64,000 nt of DNA from Acidobacteriota bacterium (GTDB lineage Bacteria > Acidobacteriota > UBA890 > WLXD01), in NCBI GenBank assembly GCA_963666215.2, contig CAXWPL010000003.1, positions 288,001 through 352,000 on the forward strand, in the 5' to 3' direction. Under the pieces are notes generated by a model. It did no database searches. It had not been told where the DNA came from and saw only the letters and a list, made by a program, of their open reading frames with translations. Shown here in pieces: positions 9,934-19,651 of this stretch. The position numbers and the translations under genes were made by a program. Numbering within the stretch: position 1 is the first letter of the stretch; each line of letters opens with the position of its first letter.

Positions 9934-12621
9934 ATGGTCACCCGCGCCACATCGGCCGCGGCTGTCATCCTCGCCCTTCTCGTCGCGCCCGCGGCACACG
10001 CTCAGCCGCCCGAAGGCAGGGGGCAAGGCAGCGACTCGGGCGCACTGCCGTCGATCGCCGACAAGGTCGACGGGCTCGAGAAGCTCGACGGCTTCTTCCC
10101 GCTGTACTGGGACGCCGAGATGGGGCAGCTCTGGATGGAGGTCCCGAGCGCGGATAGCGAGGCGATCTATGTCAGCAGCCTGTCCGCGGGCATCGGCTCG
10201 AACGATATCGGGCTCGACCGCGGCCAGCTCGGACGAACGCACGCCGTGCGGTTCGACCGTGTTGGGCGCAAGCTGTTGATGGCACAGCCGAACCTGACGT
10301 ACCGGGCAATCTCGGATAACCCCAACGAGCGCCGGGCGGTGAAAGAGGCCTTCGCCCAGTCGATTCTTTGGGGCTTCACCGTGGCCGCCGAAACCGACGG
10401 ACGCATGCTGGTAGACATGACCAGCTTCCTGATGCGAGACGCGCACGGCGTGTCGGCCCGACTACGACCAGCGCAGTACCGTCTGGACGCCTCGCGTAGC
10501 GCCATGTTCATGGAGCGCACCAAGGCTTTCCCGAAGAACACCGAGATGGACGTCACGTTGACATTCACCGTCGCTGCCAACCTGCCGAACAACACCAGGC
10601 CCGGCGGCTTCGGCGGCAACCAGAGCGGACCAGGCGGCGGCTTCGGGCGTGGCTCGTTGGGAGCGGTCACGCCCGACACGAGTGCGGTGACCGTGCGCCA
10701 GCACCATTCCTTCATCGAGCTCCCCGACCCTGATGCCGCCGGCGGCTTCGAGCCCCGCGCCTACGATCCGCGCTCGGGCTTCGGCTCGATGTCGTACCAG
10801 GACTATGCGGTGCCGCTAGGAACGTCGTTGACCCGTCGCTCGGTACGCCGCCACCGCCTCAACAAGGCTGACCCGAGCGCGGCGGTCAGCGACCCCATCG
10901 AGCCGATCATCTACTACCTCGACCGCGGAACTCCTGAGCCGATCGCATCGGCCCTGATGGACGGCGCGGGTTGGTGGAACCAGGCGTTCGAGGCGGCGGG
11001 CTACCGCAACGCCTTCCAGGTGAAGATGATGCCGGAGGGCGCCGACAACCTCGACGTGCGCTACAACGTTATCCAGTGGGTGCACCGCTCGACGCGTGGC
11101 TGGAGCTACGGCAGCTCCATCACCGACCCGCGCACCGGTGAAATCCTCAAGGGCCACGTGACCCTGGGCTCTCTGAGGGTCCGGCAGGACTACATGATCG
11201 CCGAAGGCCTGCTCGCGCCGTACGCGAACGGCACCGAAACGCCGCCTGAGCTGGCGGCCTGGGCGCTTGCGCGGCTGCGACAGCTGTCGGCCCACGAGGT
11301 GGGCCACACGATCGGCCTGGGGCACAACTACTACGCCAGCAGCGAAGGCCGCATCTCGGTCATGGACTATCCACACCCACTCATCGATGTCGACGACGAG
11401 GGCAACTTCGACTTCTCCGAGGTCTACGACGACAAGATCGGCGAGTGGGACAAGGTCACGATCAACTACGGCTACCGTGACTTTCCTCCGGGCGCCGACG
11501 AATCGGAGGAGCTGCGGGCGATCCTTGATGAGGCCTGGGAGCGCGACATCATCTACATGACCAACCAGGACATGTCGGCGCAGCCGCGCGTACACCAATG
11601 GGCCAACGGCAACGATCCCGTCGCCGAGCTCGACCGCATGATGCGGGTGCGCCGCGCGGCCCTCGATCGTTTCGACGAACGCGTCATCAAGCTCGGTCAG
11701 CCGCTCGCGGAGCTCGAAGAGGTTCTGGTTCCGCTTTACCTGCACCACCGCTACCAGGTCCAGGCGACAGCGTCGGCCATCGGTGGCTCCAACTATCACT
11801 ACGCGTTGCGAGGTGACGGTCACGGGGCGCCCGCGCCGCCGGTCACGGCTGCCGAGCAAGAAGGAGCCCTCGACTCGCTGCTGGCCACACTGCAACCCTC
11901 GGAGCTGGCGTTGCCGCGTTCTGTTCTGGCGCTCATCGCGCCGCGGCCGACCGGCTACCCACGACACCGCGAGCTGTTCCCGCGCTACACCGGACTGACG
12001 TTTGACTCCATCACACCGGCCGTGGTCGCCGCCCAGCACGTGGCCTCGCAAATCTTCAATCCGGCGCGCGCCGCGCGGCTGGTGCAGCAGCACAGCCTGG
12101 ATGAGTCGTTGCCGGGCCTCGACCACGTGCTCGACAAGACGCTGACCACTGTCTTCGCGTTCCCGACGGCCGACGGCTACGAGGCCGAGGTTGCCCGCGC
12201 GGTGCAACGCACCTTCGTCGAGCAGCTGATGACGCTGACCGCCAACGCTTCGATGCCGCAGGTGCGCGCAATCGCCACGTCGCGACTCGCCGTCATGGCC
12301 GAACACCTGAGTGGCCGCGGCGACATGCTGCACACAGAGATGACCGGCGGCAACGACTCCGGCCAGGAAGTCACGGCACCCTCGCCCGCCGACGCCCATC
12401 TTGCCCTCTTGGCGAGCGACATAGGGCGCTTCCTACATCGTCCAGCCGCGGCGTACAGCGCTCCCAGAGCCCCGCAACCACCGCCGGGGGCGCCCATCGG
12501 CCAGGCCGCTCCGCAATGGATCGATCCGACCATGGCCAGCGGTGACAGCCTTCCACCCACAGGGTCGCTTCTTAACCGGTTACTACAAGAAGACCCGATC
12601 TGCCTGTGGGAGGAGCAGTAG
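9934..12621 (+). CDS. Secreted zinc-dependent metalloprotease (metzincin, DUF5117/DUF4953-type)
   Basis: Signal peptide from ATG 9934; HEVGHTIGLGHN plus SVMDY Met-turn; DPRTGEILKG. Confidence 0.85.
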   Translation: MVTRATSAAAVILALLVAPAAHAQPPEGRGQGSDSGALPSIADKVDGLEKLDGFFPLYWDAEMGQLWMEVPSADSEAIYVSSLSAGIGSNDIGLDRGQLGRTHAVRFDRVGRKLLMAQPNLTYRAISDNPNERRAVKEAFAQSILWGFTVAAETDGRMLVDMTSFLMRDAHGVSARLRPAQYRLDASRSAMFMERTKAFPKNTEMDVTLTFTVAANLPNNTRPGGFGGNQSGPGGGFGRGSLGAVTPDTSAVTVRQHHSFIELPDPDAAGGFEPRAYDPRSGFGSMSYQDYAVPLGTSLTRRSVRRHRLNKADPSAAVSDPIEPIIYYLDRGTPEPIASALMDGAGWWNQAFEAAGYRNAFQVKMMPEGADNLDVRYNVIQWVHRSTRGWSYGSSITDPRTGEILKGHVTLGSLRVRQDYMIAEGLLAPYANGTETPPELAAWALARLRQLSAHEVGHTIGLGHNYYASSEGRISVMDYPHPLIDVDDEGNFDFSEVYDDKIGEWDKVTINYGYRDFPPGADESEELRAILDEAWERDIIYMTNQDMSAQPRVHQWANGNDPVAELDRMMRVRRAALDRFDERVIKLGQPLAELEEVLVPLYLHHRYQVQATASAIGGSNYHYALRGDGHGAPAPPVTAAEQEGALDSLLATLQPSELALPRSVLALIAPRPTGYPRHRELFPRYTGLTFDSITPAVVAAQHVASQIFNPARAARLVQQHSLDESLPGLDHVLDKTLTTVFAFPTADGYEAEVARAVQRTFVEQLMTLTANASMPQVRAIATSRLAVMAEHLSGRGDMLHTEMTGGNDSGQEVTAPSPADAHLALLASDIGRFLHRPAAAYSAPRAPQPPPGAPIGQAAPQWIDPTMASGDSLPPTGSLLNRLLQEDPICLWEEQ

Positions 12622-12700
12622 CCGATCCGATCGAGCTCACCAGTCTCTTTCGAGTCGCGCGGAAGCCACGCTGGCGAAGCGCGCGTTACAGCTAGGCTCG

Positions 12701-14983
12701 TCAAGATCCCTGCAGCACTCGGGCTACTACGGCAGTGGAACGAGCGCACATCTTCTCGACACCGTACTCAGCACTCGCGCGATCCCGATCGGCAGCGCCG
12801 ATCCGGATCCTTTCATCTGGGCGCTGTACCAACTCCACGATGCGGTTGGCGAAGGCATCGAGATCGTCCAGCGGAACGAGGTCCATTTCAGCCCGATCCC
12901 CAAGCACCTCGCGCACTCCCTCATTGTTAGCGACCACGCATGCCAAACCGGACAGCATAGCTTCGAGAACTGCGTTCGGACATCCTTCGGTGCGCGCACA
13001 GTGCGCGTACAAGTCAACCGACGACAACAGTCCAGTAATGTCCTCTACGTGCCCGGCAAATCGCACGTCATGTCGCAAGTCGAGCGAATCGCGCAAGGCC
13101 TCCAGACTTCGTCTGACGCCTTGGTCAACGCCGGCGATAACCAATAACGGCGGCGCTCCGGGGCTAGCGCTCACGACTCGCCTCCAACCGTGCAGAAGTG
13201 ACACGTGGTCCTTCTTGCGGTTGAGACGAGCGGCCATACATGCAACAAACCGGTCGCCAACAGCGAGCCGTTGCCGCCACTGCTCGCGACCCTCGCGCGC
13301 CGGTGCCAAGGCGATGCCGTTCGCTATGACCTCGATGCACGAAGCGGGAACCGAGAGGTCCTGTTCGACGAAGCGCGCACCGCCCTGACTGTTGGCAATG
13401 AAGTGACGGACCCGACGCGCCGCGAACCGCTGCTGGCGCCGGGAGAAGCCTACAGAGTGCCCCACCCCGGTGTCTCGCTGACCCCAAATGCATCTTCCGT
13501 TGGCCAAGAAACCGGCCAACGCGCCGCACAGAACATTGCCGGGCATTGCGTAGGGCATCAGCAAATCGAAGCGCTCCCGGTGTAGAGCCCGCCAGAACCG
13601 CGCGGCCTGCCGATACGGCCGCGACCCTCCGGCAATCCATTTGACCGGCCGATACCACGGCGACCGTCCGACAATCCATTTGACCGGCTGGACCCGCCAC
13701 GGCACGCCGCCACGCTCGCATTCGCCTGCCAAACCCTCGCCGCGGGCGAGGCCCCAGAACTCCGGACGCGCGTCGTGCCGGTCCAGCAAATACCGCGCCA
13801 GCAGCAATGCCTGCCGCTCCGCACCCGCCATTCCGAGCACAGGGACCACGAAGGCTATGCGGCTGCCGGCGATCACCGTGTCGACAGACTGCGACCCTCG
13901 TGCTCCAGGATTTTTCAAGACGCCTCTCCGAGCTGCCGGAGCCATTCGTTGAGCCGGGACGAGTTGCGCGGTCGAGGCGAGGTCGGCGACGCTCTCTGGA
14001 GCCTCCGCAAGCGGCTGCGGCTCGGCACGGCTCTGCCACCGCCAGATCTGAGTAGCACCGACCGCCAGCGCAAGGATGGCCAAGATTCCGGCGATTGAGG
14101 CCGGCAGTCGCCACCGCATTCTGTCTCGACCGAGCATGCCGAGGCTCGTCTCCACCTCCAAGAGACCCCTTCGGATATCCATCGGCCGGCGTCGTCGTTC
14201 TTTCGCGAGACACTGTGTGAGGAAGCTACGCAGGGGCGGCGGCGTCCTGTCGGGCAGCCTTTTCCAATCGGGCTCGCGCTCGAGTATGGCCGCGAACGTA
14301 TCCGCTACGGTCGCGTATCCGAAGGCCCTGCGCCCCGCCAACATCTCGTACATCAAGCAGCCGAACGACCAAACGTCAGTGCCCGCACCCAGTGGCTGTC
14401 CGCGGATCTGTTCGGGACTCATGTAGGCCGGCGTCCCGATGAGCGTCCCCTTTTGGGTGAGCCGCGTCTCCGTAGGCTGACCGGCGTCTTCGGGCGGCGT
14501 TGCACCGGTCTGCATGGCACGGGCGATGCCGAAATCCAGCAGTTTCACGTCACCGGTCGATGAGACCATGACATTCGAGGGCTTGACGTCCCGATGAATG
14601 ATCCCCCTGTCGTGAGCTGCCTCGAGCGCCCCGGCGATTTGCAGACACATCTCGAGTGCTCTGTTGAGCCCGAGCCGACGCCCTTTGAGATACTCGGCGA
14701 GGGTTTCGCCCCCGACCAGCTCGAGAGCGAGCACGCAGGTGCCGTCGAGCTCCTCGAGGCCGAACAGAGTCGCGATGTTGGGGTGGCTCAACGCCGCCAG
14801 GATCTTCGCCTCACGGCGAAAGCGCGCCAACAGCTCATGGTCCGTTGCCACCTCGGCTGGCAACACCTTGAGCGCGACCTCACGGTCCAAGCGGATGTCG
14901 CGGGCCCGATACACCCGCCCCATACCGCCCTCGCCGAGTAGGCCAAGGACCTCATAGGACCCGAATCTACGCGGGATCTCCAA
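12701..14983 (-). CDS. Ser/Thr protein kinase - TM - family 4 glycosyltransferase fusion
   Basis: GEGGMG, VALK, HRDVKPSN, DFG and GTPAYMSPE; TM IAGILAILALAVGA; GT-B GAERQ and EGCPNAVLE (EX7E). Confidence 0.75.
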   Translation of the reverse strand: MEIPRRFGSYEVLGLLGEGGMGRVYRARDIRLDREVALKVLPAEVATDHELLARFRREAKILAALSHPNIATLFGLEELDGTCVLALELVGGETLAEYLKGRRLGLNRALEMCLQIAGALEAAHDRGIIHRDVKPSNVMVSSTGDVKLLDFGIARAMQTGATPPEDAGQPTETRLTQKGTLIGTPAYMSPEQIRGQPLGAGTDVWSFGCLMYEMLAGRRAFGYATVADTFAAILEREPDWKRLPDRTPPPLRSFLTQCLAKERRRRPMDIRRGLLEVETSLGMLGRDRMRWRLPASIAGILAILALAVGATQIWRWQSRAEPQPLAEAPESVADLASTAQLVPAQRMAPAARRGVLKNPGARGSQSVDTVIAGSRIAFVVPVLGMAGAERQALLLARYLLDRHDARPEFWGLARGEGLAGECERGGVPWRVQPVKWIVGRSPWYRPVKWIAGGSRPYRQAARFWRALHRERFDLLMPYAMPGNVLCGALAGFLANGRCIWGQRDTGVGHSVGFSRRQQRFAARRVRHFIANSQGGARFVEQDLSVPASCIEVIANGIALAPAREGREQWRQRLAVGDRFVACMAARLNRKKDHVSLLHGWRRVVSASPGAPPLLVIAGVDQGVRRSLEALRDSLDLRHDVRFAGHVEDITGLLSSVDLYAHCARTEGCPNAVLEAMLSGLACVVANNEGVREVLGDRAEMDLVPLDDLDAFANRIVELVQRPDERIRIGAADRDRASAEYGVEKMCARSTAVVARVLQGS
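13609..13688. repeat. Imperfect 39-bp tandem duplication (13 aa) inside the GT4 domain
   Basis: CAATCCATTTGACCGGC occurs twice, 39 nt apart; peptide PVKWIVGRSPWYR / PVKWIAGGSRPYR. Confidence 0.8.
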
Positions 14984-15144
14984 TCTGCGCTCCGGCCATG
15001 CGGGAGACTACGGCACCCCGGCAGGAATCTAGCCACGCCGACGGACCGAAAACAACCGAGCGATCCCAGTCACGGCGTGAAGCTCGCGGGAGCCGAGCCT
15101 CGCCGCAGCGCCGATGTTGGTGGCCTGAGCCCGCCCAGCAGCGG

Positions 15145-15891
15145 CTACTGCATGTAGTTGCCGCCGTTCGCCAGAAACGTGGCGCCGGTGGTGAACTCGG
15201 CGCCGATGATGCACTCGAGCATCCAGGTAACGTCTTCGATCTCGCCGAGTCTGGCCATCGGCATCGTGCCGACCTCCTTGGCGAGCTCCTCGGGATTGTC
15301 GAGGTCGTAGCGCTCCATCACCTCGCGGGTCTTGACGTGGTTAGGCAACAGACAGTTCACCCGGATGCGCGGTGCGAGCTCCTGAGCGATGCACTTGGTG
15401 AAGGCAAAGATGCCTCCCTTGGCGCTGCAGAAGTTGGCGCCGTTCTTGCGGCCAACCTGCCCACACGACGCGCCCAGGTTGATGATGCAGCCGGGCCTAT
15501 CGGTGTTGTGGAAAACGAACTCCTGGCTGCACACGAAGGTTCCGCGCAGGTGAGCTGCGATGACCGCGTCGAAGTTGTCGTCGGTGAGCTCGGTAAACGG
15601 CGCGTCGCGATTGATGCCAGCAAAGTTGATGAGCACGTCGACCCGCCCAAAGGCGTCGATGGCATCGTCGAACATCTGTCGCACCTGCTCGCGGTTGGCG
15701 ACGTCGGCCTTGCATTTGATCACGCGATCTTCGCCCACCTCCGCCACAACCTCGGGGTAGCGGGCCTCGATCTCACTATCGATGATGTAGCCCATCACAA
15801 CGCGGTAGCCCTTCTTGGCGAAGTGCATCGCAGAGGCCGCGCCGAGACCGCTCGAGGCCCCGGTGATCACCATCACGTCGTCTTTGTTCAT
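15145..15891 (-). CDS. SDR family oxidoreductase (atypical: FxxxK instead of YxxxK)
   Basis: ITGASSGLG, INFAG and NFCSAK motifs. Confidence 0.85.
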   Translation of the reverse strand: MNKDDVMVITGASSGLGAASAMHFAKKGYRVVMGYIIDSEIEARYPEVVAEVGEDRVIKCKADVANREQVRQMFDDAIDAFGRVDVLINFAGINRDAPFTELTDDNFDAVIAAHLRGTFVCSQEFVFHNTDRPGCIINLGASCGQVGRKNGANFCSAKGGIFAFTKCIAQELAPRIRVNCLLPNHVKTREVMERYDLDNPEELAKEVGTMPMARLGEIEDVTWMLECIIGAEFTTGATFLANGGNYMQ

Positions 15892-15941
15892 CAGTAGTCT
15901 TCCAATCCTCGAGATCTTGATTCGCGAGATTCGCGGGAGTC

Positions 15942-17018
15942 CTAGTCGTCGTCCACGACTCCGCCCCAGATATCGCCGACCCTGTACCCGTTCGGGAACG
16001 GATCCTGTGGATCGACAACGTACTGGGCGAAGCCCGTAATCCAGGCGGTGCCGGCCAGAGTGGGTACCACGGCGTCCACATCACCGAGCTTCGTCTCACG
16101 CACCAGGCGGCCGTGGAACGTCGTGCCGAGCACGCCCTCGTGGATGAAGTCCTCGCCAATTGCCAGTTCGCCGCGGCCCCAAAGTGCCGCCATCTTGGCG
16201 CAGGTTCCGGTGCCGCAGGGCGACCGATCGAGAACCGCCGTCCAGGTGTTCGGGTCGTTCCAATCGAGCTTTCCGGTCGAGACAACGACGGTGTTCCTGC
16301 GGTGCGCGCCAGGCGTCGTTGGCGGCGCCGAGAGCTGCCCGATCGTGATGCCGCGGATCTCGGGATTCCCCGGGTGAACCGGCTCTTCGAGCTGCTCCTG
16401 CGCCGCCGCCTTGATCATCTCGCCGACGCGCGCCAGCTCCTTGGCCTCGTGGGCCGCGCAGGTCAGTCCCATCTGGTCGGCGTCGGCGATGACGTAGAAC
16501 ATGCCGCCGTAAGCGACGTCGACGGTGACCTTGCCGATCTGCGCAACGTCGAGCTCGACACCCGTGTACACCGGGAACGCCGGCACGTTCTCGAACTCGA
16601 CGCGCGTCACCTTGCCGCCCGAGACGTCGGCGCGGACCGGGATCGGTCCCGCCGGCGACTCGAGCAGCAGCTCGGTGACGGGCTCTTTCGCTTCGACCAT
16701 CCCGGTCTCGATCAAGACGGTGGCCACGGCGATGGTGTTGGTTCCCGACATCCCCGGATACTCGACCTGCTCCATGATCACGTAGCCCGCGTCGGCGTCG
16801 GGAATCGTGGGCGGCAGGATGAGGTTGCAGTTCGCAGCGGGGTAGCCGCGCGGCTCGCGCAGCATACGCTTGCGCAGGTCGTCGGCCTGCGTTTCCAAAT
16901 AGCGCATCTTCTCGAACATTGTGGCGCCCGGAACGTCAAGAACGCCCCCGACGATCACCCTGCCAGGCTCGCCGCACGCGTGCGTGTCGACAGCCTGGAT
17001 CATGTTGGAGATACGCAT
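15942..17018 (-). CDS. Proline racemase superfamily protein, Ser/Cys type
   Basis: DTHACGEPGR, EPRG, PGMSGTNT, DVAYGG and DRSPCGTGT motifs. Confidence 0.9.
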   Translation of the reverse strand: MRISNMIQAVDTHACGEPGRVIVGGVLDVPGATMFEKMRYLETQADDLRKRMLREPRGYPAANCNLILPPTIPDADAGYVIMEQVEYPGMSGTNTIAVATVLIETGMVEAKEPVTELLLESPAGPIPVRADVSGGKVTRVEFENVPAFPVYTGVELDVAQIGKVTVDVAYGGMFYVIADADQMGLTCAAHEAKELARVGEMIKAAAQEQLEEPVHPGNPEIRGITIGQLSAPPTTPGAHRRNTVVVSTGKLDWNDPNTWTAVLDRSPCGTGTCAKMAALWGRGELAIGEDFIHEGVLGTTFHGRLVRETKLGDVDAVVPTLAGTAWITGFAQYVVDPQDPFPNGYRVGDIWGGVVDDD

Positions 17019-17020
17019 AG

Positions 17021-18088
17021 CTATCCTCCTTCGGCGGGCGGCGGGCAGCCCGGAACGTGCATCTTCATCCAGCCCGAGGTGTTGTGAAAATCGGCGACAA
17101 CACTGCCGGGCGGAACGAGCTCATCACAGGCGGCACGCAGATCGTCGGAGAGCGTCATCTCGAGCACCGGTAGCAGCGGCTCGAGGTGCGCCATCGTTCG
17201 CGGGCCAATCAGCGGCGCGGTCACACCCGGCTGATCTTTGCACCAGAGAATGGCGAGCTGTGCCGGGTGCAAGCCCGCGTCGGCGGCCAACTTGCTGAAC
17301 GCCTTGCCTATCTCGACGCCGCCTGGCGTAACGCGGTCGGCGTAGAAACCGCCCCGCAGGTTGGCGCGCGACTCCTCGGGGAAGACCTCGGCGTTGTCGT
17401 AGCGGCCAGCGAGCACCCCCATCGCCATCGGCGCCCAGGTGATCAGCCCGACACCCCAGCGCTGACACATCGGAATCAGCTCGTTCTCGATACGCCGATC
17501 GAGCAGGTTGTACGGCGGCTGCTCCGAAACGTAGCGCACGTAACCTTTGAGCTCGCTCCAGTGGAGGGCCTCCATGAGGAGCCACGCGGGATGCGTTGAA
17601 CAGCCGATGTAGCGGACCTTTCCCTGGCGCACCAGATCGTCGAGCGCCCGGATCGTCTCGTCGAGCGGGACGTCAAACGACGGTCGATGCACCTGATACA
17701 AGTCGATGTAGTCGGTCTGTAGCCGCTTCAGCGAGCCCTCGCAGGCGCGGATGATGTTGAGGCGCGAGTGCCCCCAGTCGTTGGGGCCGACCTCCATCGA
17801 GTGGTCCTCGAGCTTCATGCCCACCTGACGGCGGCCATGATCGACCTTGGTGCCGATGAGCATCTGATGGCGACGCCCGTTGGCCTTCAGCGCCCGGCCA
17901 ATAATGCGCTCGCCCTCACCGTCGGCGTACACGTCGCCGGTATCGAGGAAGTTGATCCCGGCGTCCATGGCGCGTTCGAGGATCTCGACACTTTCCTTTT
18001 CGGGAGTCGGATCGGCGAAGTTGTCGGTGCCCAGACACAGCGGTGAAACCTTGGCTCCAGTCCTTCCGAGCACGCGGTACTCGATCAC
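17021..18088 (-). CDS. Aldo/keto reductase
   Basis: [36 protein letters not shown] and EQPPYNLL; GTG start 18088 after AGGAG. Confidence 0.9.
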   Translation of the reverse strand: MIEYRVLGRTGAKVSPLCLGTDNFADPTPEKESVEILERAMDAGINFLDTGDVYADGEGERIIGRALKANGRRHQMLIGTKVDHGRRQVGMKLEDHSMEVGPNDWGHSRLNIIRACEGSLKRLQTDYIDLYQVHRPSFDVPLDETIRALDDLVRQGKVRYIGCSTHPAWLLMEALHWSELKGYVRYVSEQPPYNLLDRRIENELIPMCQRWGVGLITWAPMAMGVLAGRYDNAEVFPEESRANLRGGFYADRVTPGGVEIGKAFSKLAADAGLHPAQLAILWCKDQPGVTAPLIGPRTMAHLEPLLPVLEMTLSDDLRAACDELVPPGSVVADFHNTSGWMKMHVPGCPPPAEGG

Positions 18089-18128
18089 AAGCACTCCTGG
18101 TTGTTGCTTTTCGTTGGCGACAGATTGG

Positions 18129-19484
18129 TCATTTGTGCCACCTGCGTCCGTTGTTGATTCCGTCGGCGTATGGGAACTCGCCGTCGCGCATGGCGGCGTG
18201 GTAGGCGAAGCTGGCCAGCACCACGGCCCCTTGCATCAGGTCTTCGGCAACCAGGCGGTCGTAGACGTCCATGTTGCTATGGAACGACACGTTGAAGAAC
18301 TCGAGGTCGTCCTGAATGAACTGGAAAGCGGGAAGCCCGACCTTGAGGAACGACAAGTGGTCGGTGCCGCCGGTGTTGCCCGGCACGATCCACGACATGC
18401 CCAGGTCGTCCAGAGGCTTCATCCAGGCCTCGAAGATCGGCCGCGCCTCGTCGTTGCCCTGGAGATAGATGCCGCGAAAGCGACCGTACCAGTCGACGTT
18501 GAAGTAGACGTACAGATTGTCGTGCTCCGGTAGGCGCGGCGCGGTAGCAGCGTCACCCGTATCGGGGTCGCCGAAATGAGCGCGGACGTAGCCGCGCGAC
18601 CCATGGTGGCCCACCTCCTCGGCGCCCCACAGAGCTGCCCGAATCGTGCGACGAGGCTTCACACCGGCGGCCGCGAGAATTCGCATCGCCTCCATGACGA
18701 TGGCGCTTCCCGCAACGTTGTCGGTGGCACCCGTGCCAGCGGCGTGGCTGTCGAAGTGGCCGCCGATCATCACCACCTCGTTGGCCAGATCGGAGCCCGG
18801 CAGCTCGGCGATCACGTTGTTATCGATGGGATGGTCGTCGTGGAGCTCGTTGTGTATCTCAACCTCCATCTCGACGTCGATGCCGGCGCTGAGCACACGA
18901 AGCATGCGGTTGTAGTGCTCGGCTGCGACGACGAGCCGCGGCATCGAGAGTGGCCCACTCAGCGGCAACAGCCCTTCGCCAGTGACGACAACCAACCCCT
19001 TGTCCATCGGGCCCACGTTGGACTGCCCCGGCGAAATCAGAATGGCTGCACGCTCCTGATCGAAGAACGCGGCGAGTCTCGCGTCGCTGAGCGGCTGTCG
19101 GATCGCGGCGCTCGGGCCGCCGCCGGCGGAGCCACCGCGCGTTTCGTCGTCATCGGGCGGCCGGCTCTCCAACCGCGCCATCTCGGTGAGCTCCTCGTCG
19201 GAGAGCCGCACGGCATGCGCAACGAAGTTCGGCTCGAGGTGGCGTTCGGACATGGTCAGGACGATCTTGCCGTCGAGCTGGCCGCGATAGGGTTCGAGGT
19301 CGGCCTCGTCGAGGAGCAAGGTCGTGTCGATCCACACGACCTTGCCGGAGACCTTGCGGCGCCATGTGTAGAACGTCTGCTCGCTGACGCCCAGCTTGCG
19401 GCACACCTCCTTGATCGGTGTGCCGGCCTCTGCCTGCCGCAGCGCGTAGGCGATCTGCTCGTCTGTGTACCTCTTGCGCTTCAT
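18129..19484 (-). CDS. Chimeric ORF: 44 aa of IS3-family OrfA (HTH) fused in frame to an N-terminally truncated M28 peptidase
   Basis: [44 protein letters not shown], then VSGKVVWID...GGHFDS, GATDN, GAEE, FNVD, FHSNMD. Confidence 0.8.
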   Translation of the reverse strand: MKRKRYTDEQIAYALRQAEAGTPIKEVCRKLGVSEQTFYTWRRKVSGKVVWIDTTLLLDEADLEPYRGQLDGKIVLTMSERHLEPNFVAHAVRLSDEELTEMARLESRPPDDDETRGGSAGGGPSAAIRQPLSDARLAAFFDQERAAILISPGQSNVGPMDKGLVVVTGEGLLPLSGPLSMPRLVVAAEHYNRMLRVLSAGIDVEMEVEIHNELHDDHPIDNNVIAELPGSDLANEVVMIGGHFDSHAAGTGATDNVAGSAIVMEAMRILAAAGVKPRRTIRAALWGAEEVGHHGSRGYVRAHFGDPDTGDAATAPRLPEHDNLYVYFNVDWYGRFRGIYLQGNDEARPIFEAWMKPLDDLGMSWIVPGNTGGTDHLSFLKVGLPAFQFIQDDLEFFNVSFHSNMDVYDRLVAEDLMQGAVVLASFAYHAAMRDGEFPYADGINNGRRWHK

Positions 19485-19561
19485 CTGTCCTCCTGCTTGG
19501 AGGACGACGGTACACCGATTTCCTAAAGATCAACCTGGCCCCGTTTTCGGGGTTTGGGTCA
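19353..19561 (-). mobile_element. IS3-family (IS407-like) left-end remnant
   Basis: Minus strand begins TGACCCAAACCCCGAAAACGGGGCCA (TG-terminated, IRL-like), then RBS AGGAGG and the orfA 5' end; orfB and the right end are absent. Confidence 0.75.
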
Positions 19562-19651
19562 GCTCTCATCACCGCCCTTCGTAGAACACACCGGGCGAAG
19601 GAACCTCGCGTCGGGGGCACCCTAGGAGGAGATCATCGAAAGGACACACCT

